DNA of 64,000 nt from Paraspadella gotoi (Eukaryota > Animalia > Chaetognatha), in assembly GCA_051294375.1 (NCBI GenBank), contig CM119264.1:24974218-25038217 (forward strand), read 5' to 3'. Below the pieces are notes generated by a model that was not told where the DNA came from, did not search any database, and was given only the letters and a program-made list of their open reading frames with translations. Made by a program: the position numbers and the translations under genes. Shown here one piece after another: positions 1 through 12,248 of the stretch. The stretch's first letter is position 1; every line of letters begins with the position of its first letter.

Positions 1-469
1 TATTACAAAATTAATTACTATATAAGGTTTTGAGCCATAAAGAATACTTTGTCTATTGAAAGTATACTTAAAAATGTATAAATTTTTTGAACTAAACCCC
101 ATTGAGTGGTGCTACCCCGAGTTAAATTCGTTTCTTATAAACAGGCCACCTTCTTATTATAGTTCCAGGTTCCCAGGTTCCCCCCCCCTCCGCTCGCGAG
201 TCTTACGTAAACAAACCGTGGTTCGTACGACTTGAAAAATCGCTTCCCCATTTTTGGCTTCGCTTTCGCCATTTCGGGTTCCGGCGAACGCCGGTCGCCG
301 CTCACCGCCTTCTCACCGCCGTTCGCCCCGTTTTTTTTTTGGGCACCGCGTCGGCGGCGCCACCTGCTTTCGCAGATGCCGATCACGCGCGCTAATGGCG
401 CCCCATTTCTGCTTTCGCGACGCCGAGACCCTCGGACGCTAACGACGTTGACAGGAATTTGCGAGCGTG

Positions 470-678
470 TCACGTGAGAAGCTCAAAGAAGATCACGTGA
501 CGCGATCGTAGAATATCACGTGACGCGTTTGAAGAAATTCAAGTGACACGCTCAAAAATATTCATGTAAAGAAGATAAGGTGAGACGCCCAAATAAGATC
601 ACGTGATTCGGTCAACTGAGATTAAATTACTAGACTCTTCACTAAGATCACGTGACACACTTGACTAAAATCACGTGA
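470..678. repeat. Degenerate ~23-bp tandem repeat centred on the palindrome TCACGTGA (E-box)
   Basis: Perfect TCACGTGA at 470, 493, 516, 599, 648 and 671; degenerate units at 539 and 562; 23-bp spacing. Confidence 0.8.
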
Positions 679-2003
679 CTCGTTGAGACTCGATCCGGCT
701 TTTCACTTAATCGGCTTGAGATGCCGTCTGGTTTGCCACCCGATTAGACGCGAAGATGCAGTTAAGAAGCCCGATGGCGATGTCGACCACAGAGTCTCCA
801 GAGTCAGGAGGTCTTAAAATATATTCGGAAAATATGGCAAACTATGAAATTTATACAACTAATGCAATATAATAATTTTTCACTCATTCGAAAAAATACA
901 AAGCGATCTTGCCACTGACATCGGACAAGCCCCAATCCCTGCGAGCTTTCGATCAAGAATCTTTTCCAGAGAACCTTGATTCCCTATCAATGAAGATGTA
1001 TGAAAAGATCCCTTTCATTGATTCATCCCGAAAACATCTGTTCTCAATTCTAAAATAATTTCTTGGATAGCAGGAGTCACTAAAACGTATATCGAATCAT
1101 TTCGTCCGTTCATTTTTTAACATGAGAATCCCAGTTCTACCATAACTTTTTTTCTGTTCTAAGAATCTATGACTCTTTTGTTGATTTCGTAGGTTATTGT
1201 GGTTATTGTCATCAAACGACGTCATCATTGGCGCCATTGACGTCTCCATCTACGTCAAATATTGCATTTTCAAGAGAATGCGTCGCGACTCTCGAGTCGA
1301 CCAAGCGACACCCTTTTTCCTTTTTTCTCCTTTTCTTTAATTTTCTTTCCTTTTTTTTTCTTTCTCGTTTCTATTTTTTCCCCCTTTTTTCTCTCTTTCT
1401 TTCTCTTCTTCTCTTGGCGTCGTCACGTTTCTCCAGAAATCAATCTGGTGAGAGCGAGAGACGAAGAGAGAGAGGGAGAGAAAGAAGGAAATAGAGAGGA
1501 GGAGAGACTAGTCTATCGGATTTATCGAAAAAAAGATTACTTCTCTCCACTTTTTCCCATTTTTTTTCTCTCTTCTTGTTTTGCTTCATTCCTCGCCATT
1601 GTTGCTGATACTTTTTTATGCTGCATATATCTTATATATGGATAATGGATAATGGATATGAATAATTTTTATATTGGTTGTACCAATTTCATATTAACTT
1701 TTTTTTTTAAATAATAAACGCCTTATTAAATTTTTATTAGGCGGTGTTTTCTATTATACAGATCATCAACAATAAAAAATCGAACGAAAAGCAACGACTT
1801 ATTTCTTTCGAGAAATTTATTTTTACATTTGTACATAATCTTTCTGCTGCTGCTTTCTAATCACCCATCACAGAAGAGCGGGGAAAAAAATTAAAAAAGA
1901 GAAAATGAATCGTATGTATTTTCATAATTGATCTAGATTTTAAACATATTTTTTAGGAAAAACAGTTTTGATTTGACAACGAATTTAATTGACAGTTTAT
2001 AGT

Positions 2004-2043
2004 CGGACATGTTTCGACTATTTGCATTTAGAGTCTTCATCAT
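2004..2043 (-). ncRNA. Degenerate minimal hammerhead ribozyme, Penelope-type
   Basis: Minus strand reads aTGATGAagactctaaatgcaaatagtcGAAAcatGTCcg; first core C is lost; same family as the copy at 2871. Confidence 0.6.
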
Positions 2044-2786
2044 TTTTTTTAAATCTTTAAATAGCGTTTTAAATATTTTGTCCCCAGGATCTTACTTGCC
2101 GCCTAGCAAAGACAAACCAAAAATAAAAACAAAACAAAACTGGAAAACAACGGAAAAGAAATTTACTCACCGGGATTTACTCCAAAAAAAAACATTAAAA
2201 AACAACGAAAGTCATAAATAGAATTAGATTTGCCAAAGCCAAATCTCTTAGAAATTAAAAAAAAGATTGGATAAAAGAAAAATATTTTGTGTTAACAAGT
2301 CAAAGAAGTTTTTTAAAGATTAAAAGAAAACACAACAGGCAAAAAAAAAGAACGTGCGTGAATAACAAAACACGAATAGATTGAAATATGAAAAATAAAT
2401 AAATAAACCGTGTGAAAAAAAGGAAAATAATAAAATATTAAAAAAAATTGAAAAACGTGAAGTTTCACGTTCAATTTATTTTCGTTTCTTCGTCTCGAAC
2501 GAACATCAACAAAATCAAAGGAAAAGAAGAGACGCCAAAGAAGATCAGGTGAGAAATGGGAGATGCTGAGGTGACGCTAGAGGGAATAGGTGGCGCTGAG
2601 GGATGGGTGACGCTAGGGGGATGGGTGGTGAATGGGTAAGGGTGGTGACGATGATGGGAATGGTGGTTTTTTGGAAAGAAAGTTTCAGAGAATGATTTAA
2701 AACAAAAAGTAAATAAAAAAAAACAAACAAATATTTATAATAACAAAACCATTGTGTTAATCCTTTCGGCTTCGTTGAGTATAGAG

Positions 2787-2960
2787 ATTTAACAAAGTTT
2801 GGAAATGTTTTCGTCAACGATTTTTTTATTAGTATACGGACATGTTTCGACTCTTTATTTCGAGTCTTACCGCTGATGAAGACTCGAAATGAAGAGTCGA
2901 AACATGTCCGTATACTAATAAAAAAATCGTTGACGAAAACATTTCCAAACTTTGTTAAAT
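2787..2960. mobile_element. Near-perfect palindrome, probably an inverted Penelope-like pseudo-LTR fragment
   Basis: 82-bp arms (2787-2868 and 2879-2960) with 1 mismatch and a 10-nt spacer; contains a hammerhead motif. Confidence 0.75.
2871..2910 (+). ncRNA. Minimal type I hammerhead ribozyme, Penelope-like-element type
   Basis: cg-CTGATGA-a-gactc-gaaatgaa-gagtc-GAAA-catGTC-cg: intact core, 5-bp stem II, palindromic ACATGT at helix III and GUC cleavage triplet; stem I is only ~2 bp here. Confidence 0.8.
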
Positions 2961-3359
2961 AACAAAACCGAAAAACCAAAATAAATAATATCAAAAAAGC
3001 AACGTCCTAATAAAAGAAATAAAAAACTTCGAGAAAAAAGAAAGAAAAGAAGAAAGGCTTCGTTCGAATCAATCCGAATCTCATTGGCTAAAACTCATAA
3101 AATTGGTCAAAAATGAGACCATCAAGAAAATGATTCCTTTGGCCTCAAAGAAAATATACAAGGCTTTTCTTAGAACTATTCAGGGTGGTGACCATATGTG
3201 AATTTGCCCGGGGTTAGTGGCAAAAAATAGTATTAAAAAAAAGGATATAAAAATAGAAAACAAAGGCGCAACGAAAAACCTAAAAGAGGCAGAAGAGAAA
3301 AAAACCGCGAAAGTCGTTCGGTTTATGGTTCCCCATCGAGACTTGTCGTCTTCCTTCTT

Positions 3360-3398
<39 letters not shown>

Positions 3399-4260
3399 GT
3401 CGATGTCGTCGTCAATAAAAGTTGAGGTCGCCAGGGTTCAAAGTTCAATCGATCGAGGAGGCGGAAACAGAGAAGACATTTTCTGGTTGTTTCGAAAGAA
3501 TTTGGAAGGGAGAGAAAGGCGCAACGTCTAACAAACAAAGAGAAAAAAAAATAGAAACAGAGAGAAAGACAGACTGACAAGCTCATAATTAAATACAGTG
3601 AAGTTGGACAAAAGTGAAGCTGAATAAAGAGTCAACGATAGCGTACTCACGATCGATATAGCTGTTATGTCCATAGCGGGGACATCTCACCGAGTGAGAT
3701 GTCATTTCTTGACTTCTTTTTTCTAAAACTTTCATTCCTCGTTCCCCAATTTCCTTCTTCCTCTTTCAACTTCAACCTCAGTTTTCTTCTATTTTTTTTT
3801 TAAACTTTTTAACTTTTTCTCTCTGTTTTTTTTTCCTTTTTTCTTTTTTTTCCCTTTTTCTACTTCATCCTTTCCTTTATTTCTATTTTGCCTATTTCTT
3901 CATGCGTCTTTGAGTCTCGCAAAGTCAGCGACGCGGCACAAAATCCATCCGCGCGTAAATTTTATTTCCTGCGTTTCGTTTCACGGAAATCACCCAAATC
4001 CCAAAACCCAAACTTTCCAAAATTCACCCCACCCTCCCAAGCTTTCAGCCCCCCATGACTCTGAGCACTCTTTAAAATTTTCTGCACCCATCAAAGCTTT
4101 TAGCCGCTATCCAAGCTCGGAGCTTGATTCTTTACAAGCTCCAAACTCCCTTGTGAACCTCAAAATCTTGAATTTCCGTCAAACAACATTTCTTTCCCTA
4201 ACTAAAGTTCCTTCACAGTTTTCACCTCACCGACTTTTATAACCCCCACCCTGTCGCGCC

Positions 4261-4291
<31 letters not shown>

Positions 4292-4554
4292 CGTTAACCC
4301 CCTTTCTCCTTCTCTGTCAATCATTCCTTTCAAACTCGTGTTATCCATTTATGATTCGCTGCACAGAAAATTTCTTTTTTCTTTTTCTTTCTTAACCGGT
4401 TCTTATCCAACTTATATGTTTAATAATTACACTATTCTAAAGTATTTTGTTTTACAGAATTTAAATAAAAAATATCTTTTATCACCAACGCTTTTTTTTC
4501 GTAATTTGTTTGCGTTTCTTACGTATTTCATATCCTTCCAATAGCTAACCTTCT

Positions 4555-4985
4555 TATTTTAATTCTATTATAACTCTATAAGTCACTTTTCGGTCGGTCA
4601 GTCGGTCCGTTGGTATGTCTGTCCGTCCGTCTGTCCCACTTACCTCAAAAATGAATAATTTGGCTATAGTTAGTTTAAGACAGAAAAATCTCAAATCTAA
4701 GGGACTGCTAGCGCCGCCATTAGGAATTCATTAAACTATAGGGAATAAAAGACGGAATTTTAATACAATGCATATCATAAATACACATGCAAAGAAAGTT
4801 TTTTTAGTTTTTTATATCTCATATCATGTCATGTCATATATGTGATCAAAGGGAAATACACATGAAAATAAAATCACTGCGGCGCAACACATTGGAATTA
4901 CCGTAGCAATAACTTTCAAAGCGCAAATTTCTTAAAGTTCTTTGTAAAGCAAAGCGTCTTATCGTCGCCTTGATCAAACTTTTAA
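4555..4985 (+). mobile_element. HINE/DINE-1-like (Helentron-associated) non-autonomous element, decayed
   Basis: T-rich start, 'actctataagtcact' followed by a (GTCG/GTCC/GTCT)n microsatellite; related 5' segments at ~52115-52205 and ~60775-60860. The 3' boundary is uncertain. Confidence 0.45.
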
Positions 4986-5029
4986 ACACAGACCGACCGA
5001 CCAAACAAAATCTAGTTTCTCTAAATTAC

Positions 5030-5135
5030 CTTGCGTTGACGAAGGGAGAAAAAAAAACACCAGCCGAGAATCTCCGCCTTCAACTCAGAAAATCAGCGAC
5101 CGAATTTCTCGGCTAAAAATTCATCTTCGGTTCGA
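5030..5135 (-). pseudogene. Homeobox-like relic (helix 2-3)
   Basis: Translates EDEFLAEKFGR*FSELKAEILGWCFFFSLRQRK, resembling LAxxLG...IxxWF...RQ; has a stop and insertions. Confidence 0.3.
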
Positions 5136-6049
5136 TGAATAAATTCGGAGACGAAATTTGCGAGATTTTTGCTTCAAGGTCGTTTCAGGAATGTTAAGTT
5201 GAAATCGACCCGTGAAAAGATAAACTCATCAAGAGAAGTTGAATCTTACGGTGGATTAAAATTCGTCAACAATTTAAAGTAGTCATTGGTGATGGAGGCA
5301 AGTATTTCAGCTCACTGCCCAGTGCCCAATGATTCAGGGTAGTAACCCGGTGGCCGCCTGGCAGTCTAGTGGAACTGGGAGCTTAACCCGCCTGTATTTT
5401 GAACTTGTTACTGTCCCTACAATTGAGAACTTTTGTTAAGTGGTCTAAATCGAACATCTAAAGAGACATAGCCTCTCTATCTGTGTGGTGTCGTCCACAC
5501 CTCGTGGTTTTCCGATTGATTTCCGACTCGTAGGTACACACTTTCGAAATTTACCAAATCATATTCATTACATCGTTTAAAAATTGAAAAAAGTATTGAT
5601 ATTTTTTCCCATACCTTTCAATTTGTTTCACCTCAAAACCTCAAAACCTCGCGACCCTCGCCATCTTGTAAATCGTCGAATCGCTCCTCCAGAGGGCCAC
5701 CACGCTTCCCTTCAATCGATGTTCATTTGGTCGAAAACCTAGAAACCTTTCTCCTCGCCAGGTTTACGACTTCATCCGGATTTTACAACCGGATTAATCA
5801 TTCTTCTCTGCTTCGCCGGGATTGGCTAATGACCTTGGCCCTACGATATTTCGGGAAACACGAGTCAAACAACAATCATCATTTAGGTTCAGAAGGGAAA
5901 AAAAATTCATGTACTAGTTTATACGTGGAACCGTTGTTGTACAAGATATTTTTTTTCTTCTTCACAGTCTTGTTCTCTCAAACTTTTTTTTCAGGCCACT
6001 GTTTCTCACAGTCCATTATCACCCTTATAGCGCATCTTACTCATCTCAC

Positions 6050-6052
<3 letters not shown>

Positions 6053-6138
<86 letters not shown>
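6053..6138. repeat. (CT)n microsatellite
   Basis: Long perfect CT run. Other long GA/CT runs include 14414-14520 and 25848-25955. Confidence 0.95.
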
Positions 6139-6140
<2 letters not shown>

Positions 6141-6458
6141 AAACAACAATTTAAAAACTTACCCCCACCACATTTTCAACGCCACTCTTTTTATCCATCT
6201 TCCCCACCTACCCGCTCCCCTCTTTCTTCTACTCCACCCCTCTTCCTCCACCCCTATCCGTCCACCTCACCCCACTTCCTCCACCCACCCAAAGATGGAC
6301 TCCAGCTCCAACCGAGTCCAATGATTTCGTTTCCTTCCGCCAGAGATTTTTCCTCCTCCCTTTCAATTTCCGACTCACACTGTCTTCGCTTGATTGCTTC
6401 TTTGAACAGCACCTGCTGCTCTCTCGAACGTGCCGCAACTTCTCTAATCCTGCCCTCG

Positions 6459-6495
<37 letters not shown>

Positions 6496-7477
6496 TTCTT
6501 TCTCTCACACGCCCACAAAATATAGAATTTATGTTTTGAAATACAAAGAAGACAAATATAAAGTTGCAACAATGCAAGACTCTCCTGACAATTTTTGTTA
6601 ATCGTCGTTCTAGTGTAATTTTAAATATCTCTAGTCGATTTTTTTCCCCCTTCTTCCCTAGAAGAAACAAAGTGCTGAAAGCAAAAAGTATCTTAATAAT
6701 TAATGAAATGTTTTTACCTTAAAAGGAAAAGTTAGGAAAAAGAGGGTGAATTGGATTTTTCTTCCACCGACGCCGTTTTCCAATGCAGCTGACGCGAGAA
6801 GCGCTGCAGGGGCTGTGCTGCAGCTACTGATGCCAATGCCTGGCGTCCAGATTTCACTCTTCCCCATTCTTACCATTGGTGTGGAAATTTTGCCACTAAC
6901 TTCACTCATGAGGATATCACTTTACTAAACCACCTATTGCCACCTATTCTCTCTTTCCACTTCCCACCCTCACGGAACCACCTGCCACTGGTTCACTGTG
7001 ACTCTCCCTCCAATTCGCTCACTTCATCTCCTTAAATTTGTCCTTGCATCAAAATTCCTTTTTTTTTCTCGGCGATGATTTTTTTTAACAGCGGAACGAA
7101 AAATATCCTAACTAAAAAAACAAACAAAAAAGCGAAAAAAGGAAAGTTTAAAAAAAAGGAAAAACAAGCAAACTCGTTATTTTTCTTTCCTTGGATAAAA
7201 TCGAAGGCCATCGGCAGATTGCGGCCAGGATGGTTGCGGTATAGGGCAGAGTAGCGTCAATGCTGTTATTATGGTGCGCAGCGATTGCGTTAGTAACGAT
7301 GCCGAGCCATCTTTTCCACCATCTTTGGAATGACACAAAATTGTCTATAATCAAGATGCTGTCTAGAGGCGAATGAAAAGAAACGGGAGTTGGCCCAGTG
7401 GCACACGTACTTTTACTCTTCTTTTCTGATTTAATCTTTTTTTCATGCATTCATTCATCCTCTTCCGTTCAGTTTTG

Positions 7478-7620
7478 TTCCTCTTCTTTTTCCCTTAATT
7501 CATTAAGAAAAACCTTAGACCCATAGACCTCTGGAGCGTAATCTTCAGGAATGCCCATTTATTGATTATTCGTTCGTTGCCCATCGAAGCAATGAAAATT
7601 GTACGTCTTCTATGTTTCTG
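7478..7620 (-). pseudogene. Paired-class-like homeobox relic
   Basis: QKHRRRTIFIASMGNERIINKWAFLK, frameshift, then DYAPEVYGSKVFLNELREKE; the end resembles the 22276-22335 segment at both DNA and protein level. Confidence 0.4.
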
Positions 7621-8475
7621 AATGAGCTCGTTTTATCTCCTAAAGGCTCCACGTACGATCGACGTCCTTTAGATAACGATTTCTGAACTTAAATAATTAC
7701 CATCTCTTTTGATCTCAGTGATTAGTATGAAGTTTTCTTTATTTAAAAAACGGTTTGCTATGGTTATCTCATTCTTATTACCTAGTACTGTTCAGTTAAA
7801 TTTCTATGAGTTAAAAATACGGTAAGACATGATTTCTTCGGAGATTATCAATCTAATCTCATTAACAACCTAATTTGAGATGAAAGTATGATGAATTTTT
7901 ATGGTACCAACAACTTTTAAAGATCAAATTCCTCCTTTTAATTTTTTGTGCTTTATTTACACAAAACTTTTCAGACAAGATGCCACATTATCTGATACAT
8001 TTTTTTTTCATTTCATACCGTTTCCCTGATTCTCTTTCTTCATCTCTTTCTTCTCTGTGTTTCTATTTTTATCTTCCTCTTTCCTCCCTACTTTTCACGC
8101 CGTAACTTACCTTTTCTATGACCCTACCTTTCTCTGCCACTATTTCACTTTCCTTATCCTTTTTTATTGCCTTCTCTCCTTCTCTTTCTTTTCCCTCTTT
8201 TCCCCTCTTTTTCTTTCCATTTTTCCCTTCTTTTTCCGCCTTTCCTTTATCTCCTTATTTTTTTTCTCCTTTGCCTTCTTTTTTATGCTTTTCCCCCTTT
8301 CTCTCTCATTCTCCCCTTCTCCTTTTCTTGTTCTCCCTTTCATGTTCCCTCCCACTACTTTTCTGCCTTTACATTGAGCCAAATCAAAGAATATTTTTAT
8401 AATCCATTATAAGAAAAGAAATTTACGGTATCTCATGATTTTTCTTTCAATTTTGGTTGCCTGGCAAATTTAGTA

Positions 8476-8520
8476 AATCGACAGATTTTGCGGAAAATAT
8501 TTCCGCAAAATCTGTCGATT
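8476..8520. repeat. Perfect hairpin, 21-bp stem with 3-nt loop
   Basis: aatcgacagattttgcggaaa-ata-tttccgcaaaatctgtcgatt. Confidence 0.9.
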
Positions 8521-8590
8521 CTGAGAAAAAACAAGTCCTGACGCTTTCCATTGGTTTAAAAGGATGCGGTTTTTTTTGTTTTATTAACGT

Positions 8591-9163
8591 CAGTATGTTC
8601 TGAACTGTTAAAACTATAAAATAAATTTAAAATCTTATCTTTATTAAAAATAAATGCAAGTCACAAAAAGTCACAAATTAATTGTCGTCTTTAAAAATAT
8701 CTATGGCTAAACGAAATGAGTTTTTTTGATAATTTTGTAGGTGTTAAAAGCTTATTCTGTGGGTTATATTTTCTGTTAGTTTAAGCCAATTTAAACTATT
8801 TTTGTTTAATAAATTATAATAAAAACTAAAACTGCGACTTTTTGACTTGTCAACTTTCAAATTAATTCATAAGTGAACTATGAATGATATAAGGAAAATA
8901 TTTTACTCAGGGGTGAAGAAGATAAGGAAGAAAGGAATTCCAAAATAAAAAAATTTTCTCAACTTTCCTTGGCATTCAAATTTGAAGACGAAAGTGAAAA
9001 TGGACAAAAATGGACATGATTTTTTTTTCCTAAAAGTTGCAAAAATGTTACTCTTATATGATTAGAAATAGCTGGAGATGGTTTTAACTAATCCATATTT
9101 TGGCCCAATTTATATTATGGGGCAATTTAAATTTATTTTGTTAATAGTAACTGAACAATACTG
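8591..9163. mobile_element. Decayed non-autonomous TIR element with Tc1/mariner-like CAGT ends
   Basis: Left end cagtatgttctgaactgtta...aaaataaatttaaa matches the reverse complement of the right end cagtattgttcagttactattaacaaaataaatttaaa; no TA target duplication retained. Confidence 0.45.
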
Positions 9164-9726
9164 GAAAAACTAGTTTTTTATCTGAATGCGAGGATTGTAA
9201 GCAGAGGCTAAAGTCATTAAAACGAAAACCAGAAATTCAAGAAAGGCTCGAACTGTTTATTATTATCCTCGTATTTCGTTTAACTGAAAACCGTTATCGC
9301 TTATTAAACAATGAAGGGAGACGAATCACAATGATATCTATTTCTTTTTCTCTAAATATCTCGATCCTTCCCTTTTTCTATTTTTGTCCTCCATTATTAC
9401 ACTTATTTTTGTTAACTATCTTCTTGAATCTTCGTATCTCGTTTCGTTTCGTTTCGCCGACTCCAGGTCGGACCAAAACGCAAAATCTCATCTTCGGAGA
9501 AGTTTGACTCGTCATGCGAGGTCAACGAACCGGCCCAATTTGTCGAATTACAACATAATTCAAGGGGCGTTTTTTCGAATTGTTTAATTATTTAGGTATA
9601 CGTTATTGGATAAATTTGGCGGGACATTAAAATATAATATTGTCTACTTTGGGTCAAACGAGACAAATTAACAATTCAACGAGAAAAAAATAAAAAAAAA
9701 CAAAAAAAAACAACAAACCCATTGCC

Positions 9727-10236
9727 ATGCAATCTCTCGTCCTTTCGACTATCATCATCGGCGGATTTCTTTTAAATTCGCCATCGTCCGCTTTTCCTTC
9801 GCACAAAATTAGCTGCGTGCCGGGACATCAGTATGTGAACTTCAAGCTACGAAATACAAACATCACTGGAACTGAAGTCGGGAGAGTCGTGGATATTGAG
9901 TACGATCGCGCCGATATTTTATGACATTAAATTTATTTTTTATCATTATGAATGAATAAATATTTAATGATAAATACATGTAAGCGATCGAAAAGACTGA
10001 TCAGTACTTAATTAGCATATCGTCCATAACCTCTTCCATCCCCCACACGTTTCTCTTTCTCCAGATTATGCGCTGTCTTGTGTTGCGAAATACCGTTCTC
10101 AGACATGGCCGTGTTGATCGACAGCAAATGCTACTGTCCCCATTGCGTCACAAAAGAAGATTGCGAACGAGTCCCTGATGAAGGAAGTGGAAATATTGTC
10201 GCGTTTTTTACGCGGCTTTCAGGAGGATCCGAGTGA
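9727..10236 (+). CDS. Two-exon gene, join(9727..9899,10065..10236), 114-aa secreted Cys-rich protein with one MANSC/KIAA0319-N-terminal-like domain
   Basis: gccATG start; hydrophobic signal-like N-terminus MQSLVLSTIIIGGFLLNSPSSA; phase-2 intron GTACGA...tttctctttctcCAG joins in frame to give ...SCVPGHQYVNFKLRNTNITGTEVGRVVDIELCAVLCCEIPFSDMAVLIDSKCYCPHCVTKEDCERVPDEGSGNIVAFFTRLSGGSE*; 8 Cys; AATAAA signals at ~10427-10440. Confidence 0.8.
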
Positions 10237-10900
10237 TTGGCGTCCTACATTCTACTATACTGGATCACTAAAATGATTTTTTTTTTTAAACATACATTTT
10301 TTAGGATTTGATACGTTTGAATTGAGTAAGCGAAAAAGCATTTTTTTCGTTTTGAGACTTTAGTACTTTGTAGTTGACAAAATTTCGTAAACGATCAATA
10401 TAGTAATAGGAATTTTGTATAATTTAATAAATAAATAAAATATTGATTATCGATTTACTTATTTTTAAGCTTTTACGTAGATTCTAGTACTGTAGTCGGG
10501 CATTGCCTAGGTTCACCCCGCCTATAAGCATGACACAGCAGTATGGCTGACGATCTACTAGTGTAGCATTGACGTTCGCGGTGGCCAACGCGGGCGTCGA
10601 TGAAGGGGCAGAGAATCCGTCCAATGGCAGAGAATTTCGACATCGGTTTCTCGAGTTTCCCGATTTACGACTGAATGTCTTGACGACGATTATGAAGACT
10701 ATCAACAAACCTCATCTTGGTTATTATTTTTGGAAAAGTCGTAGTTTAGTATGTCAAAGTAAATAAACATTTAAAAAAACGTTGAGTTCTCGACAGTCGT
10801 CTCCAAAAAAGTCAGCCTAAATCAACAATTTTGAAATCAAAACGAGGAGAGCTCAAACAATAATATTCCATGCTTTCTGTTCTTTACCCCGAGCAACTTC

Positions 10901-10945
<45 letters not shown>

Positions 10946-12089
10946 TCTCGGTTCTCTCCCTCTTTTCACTCCTCGGCCGTCACGACCCCGTCATATCTTC
11001 TCCGCGGATAAGTCATCGACAGAAAATCAAAAAAATTATCACGTCGACGACGACGATGACGACGATGACGAAGACGATGACAAGAATCAAGGCGGAATCA
11101 CGTCTCGTTTCTTGTTTTGACACCAGAGCTTTTTTTTTTACTCGGCGATCTTACAAATGCAATGGAATTGAACGTTCACGCGACCACTACGATGACGCCG
11201 ACGACAACTACGACGTATCTTCAAATTCGAAGTTCGAAATCAGACACCCACTTTCCTGAGCTGCCTGATTTCTGAGGGGACGTGATTTGCCCTCTCCTTC
11301 GATCTTTGGTCATTGGTCAAGCCAACGCAAACTGAATTTATCCTCGGTGATATTTTAAGGATGAGATATTAAGTTTTAGCTCAAAATTACATATCAGAAT
11401 TACATTATAATTTCCGTGTTGTCCTCAAAAAAGGAAATCAAATATATCGATAAAAAGAAAAGAAAAAAAAACATTGAAGTATCATCGCGTTCAAAGGATG
11501 TTGAGACGAGATAGTTTTTTTCCCGACGACGACGACGACGATGACGATGACGACGTCGACGACGACCAAAGCTTCCAACAGTAATAAAAACTATAATTTT
11601 CATTCGGCCGAGCGCTACGTTAATGATCGCCCTCGTAATGGCCGATATATTAACGATAATGGGCGATCGTTAAAAGCCCTTCTGTNNNNNNNNNNNNNNN
11701 NNNNNNNNNNNNNNNNNNNNNNNNNNNNNNNNNNNNNNNNNNNNNNNNNNNNNNNNNNNNNNNNNNNNNNNNNNNNNNNNNNNNNNNNNNNNNNNNNNNN
11801 NNNNNNNNNNNNNNNNNNNNNNNNNNNNNNNNNNNNNNNNNNNNNNNNNNNNNNNNNNNNNNNNNNNNNNNNNNNNNNNNNNNNNNNNNNNNNNNNNNNN
11901 NNNNNNNNNNNNNNNNNNNNNNNNNNNNNNNNNNNNNNNGCTTCATAAAAACAGTCTCTCTCTCTCTCTCTCTTTCTGCTGCGCTCAACCTTTCGAAATA
12001 AGGCAACGGAACCCGGGAATGCAACAGCTGACGTTTATGATACCCATTGTCCTTCAAACTGCGCCCCCTTCTCTCTTTTTCTTCGTCTG

Positions 12090-12121
<32 letters not shown>

Positions 12122-12248
12122 CTCTCTATCACTTTTTCTCTCTCCATATTTGAGCGACTTGAACTCCCTCTACCCTTCCCCATGCTGTAATTGCCAATCA
12201 ACCTCCGCCCTCGGCATCAGGCGCGCAACATCGCTTGACGGCGGAGCC

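Noticed and set aside
885-1058. ~57-codon open stretch SKKYKAILPL...LFSILK
   Set aside because: No start, convincing splice sites or recognisable motif.
1780-3340. Further faint homeodomain-like words (EKKF, RIRFAK, EDQVRN, RISLAK); similar at 9440, 11490, 30900, 31850 and 37790
   Set aside because: Each needs several assumed frameshifts in K/R/E-biased sequence; too weak to call without an HMM.
5285-5540. Possible third SINE
   Set aside because: GC-richer patch with only vague pol III boxes and no second copy in the window.
5727-6539. 270-aa ORF
   Set aside because: Kept open by (CT)n and pyrimidine tracts; no recognisable domain.
10176-10200. CTGATGA...GAAA as another hammerhead
   Set aside because: No stem II pairing, and it lies inside the coding exon (PDEGSGN).
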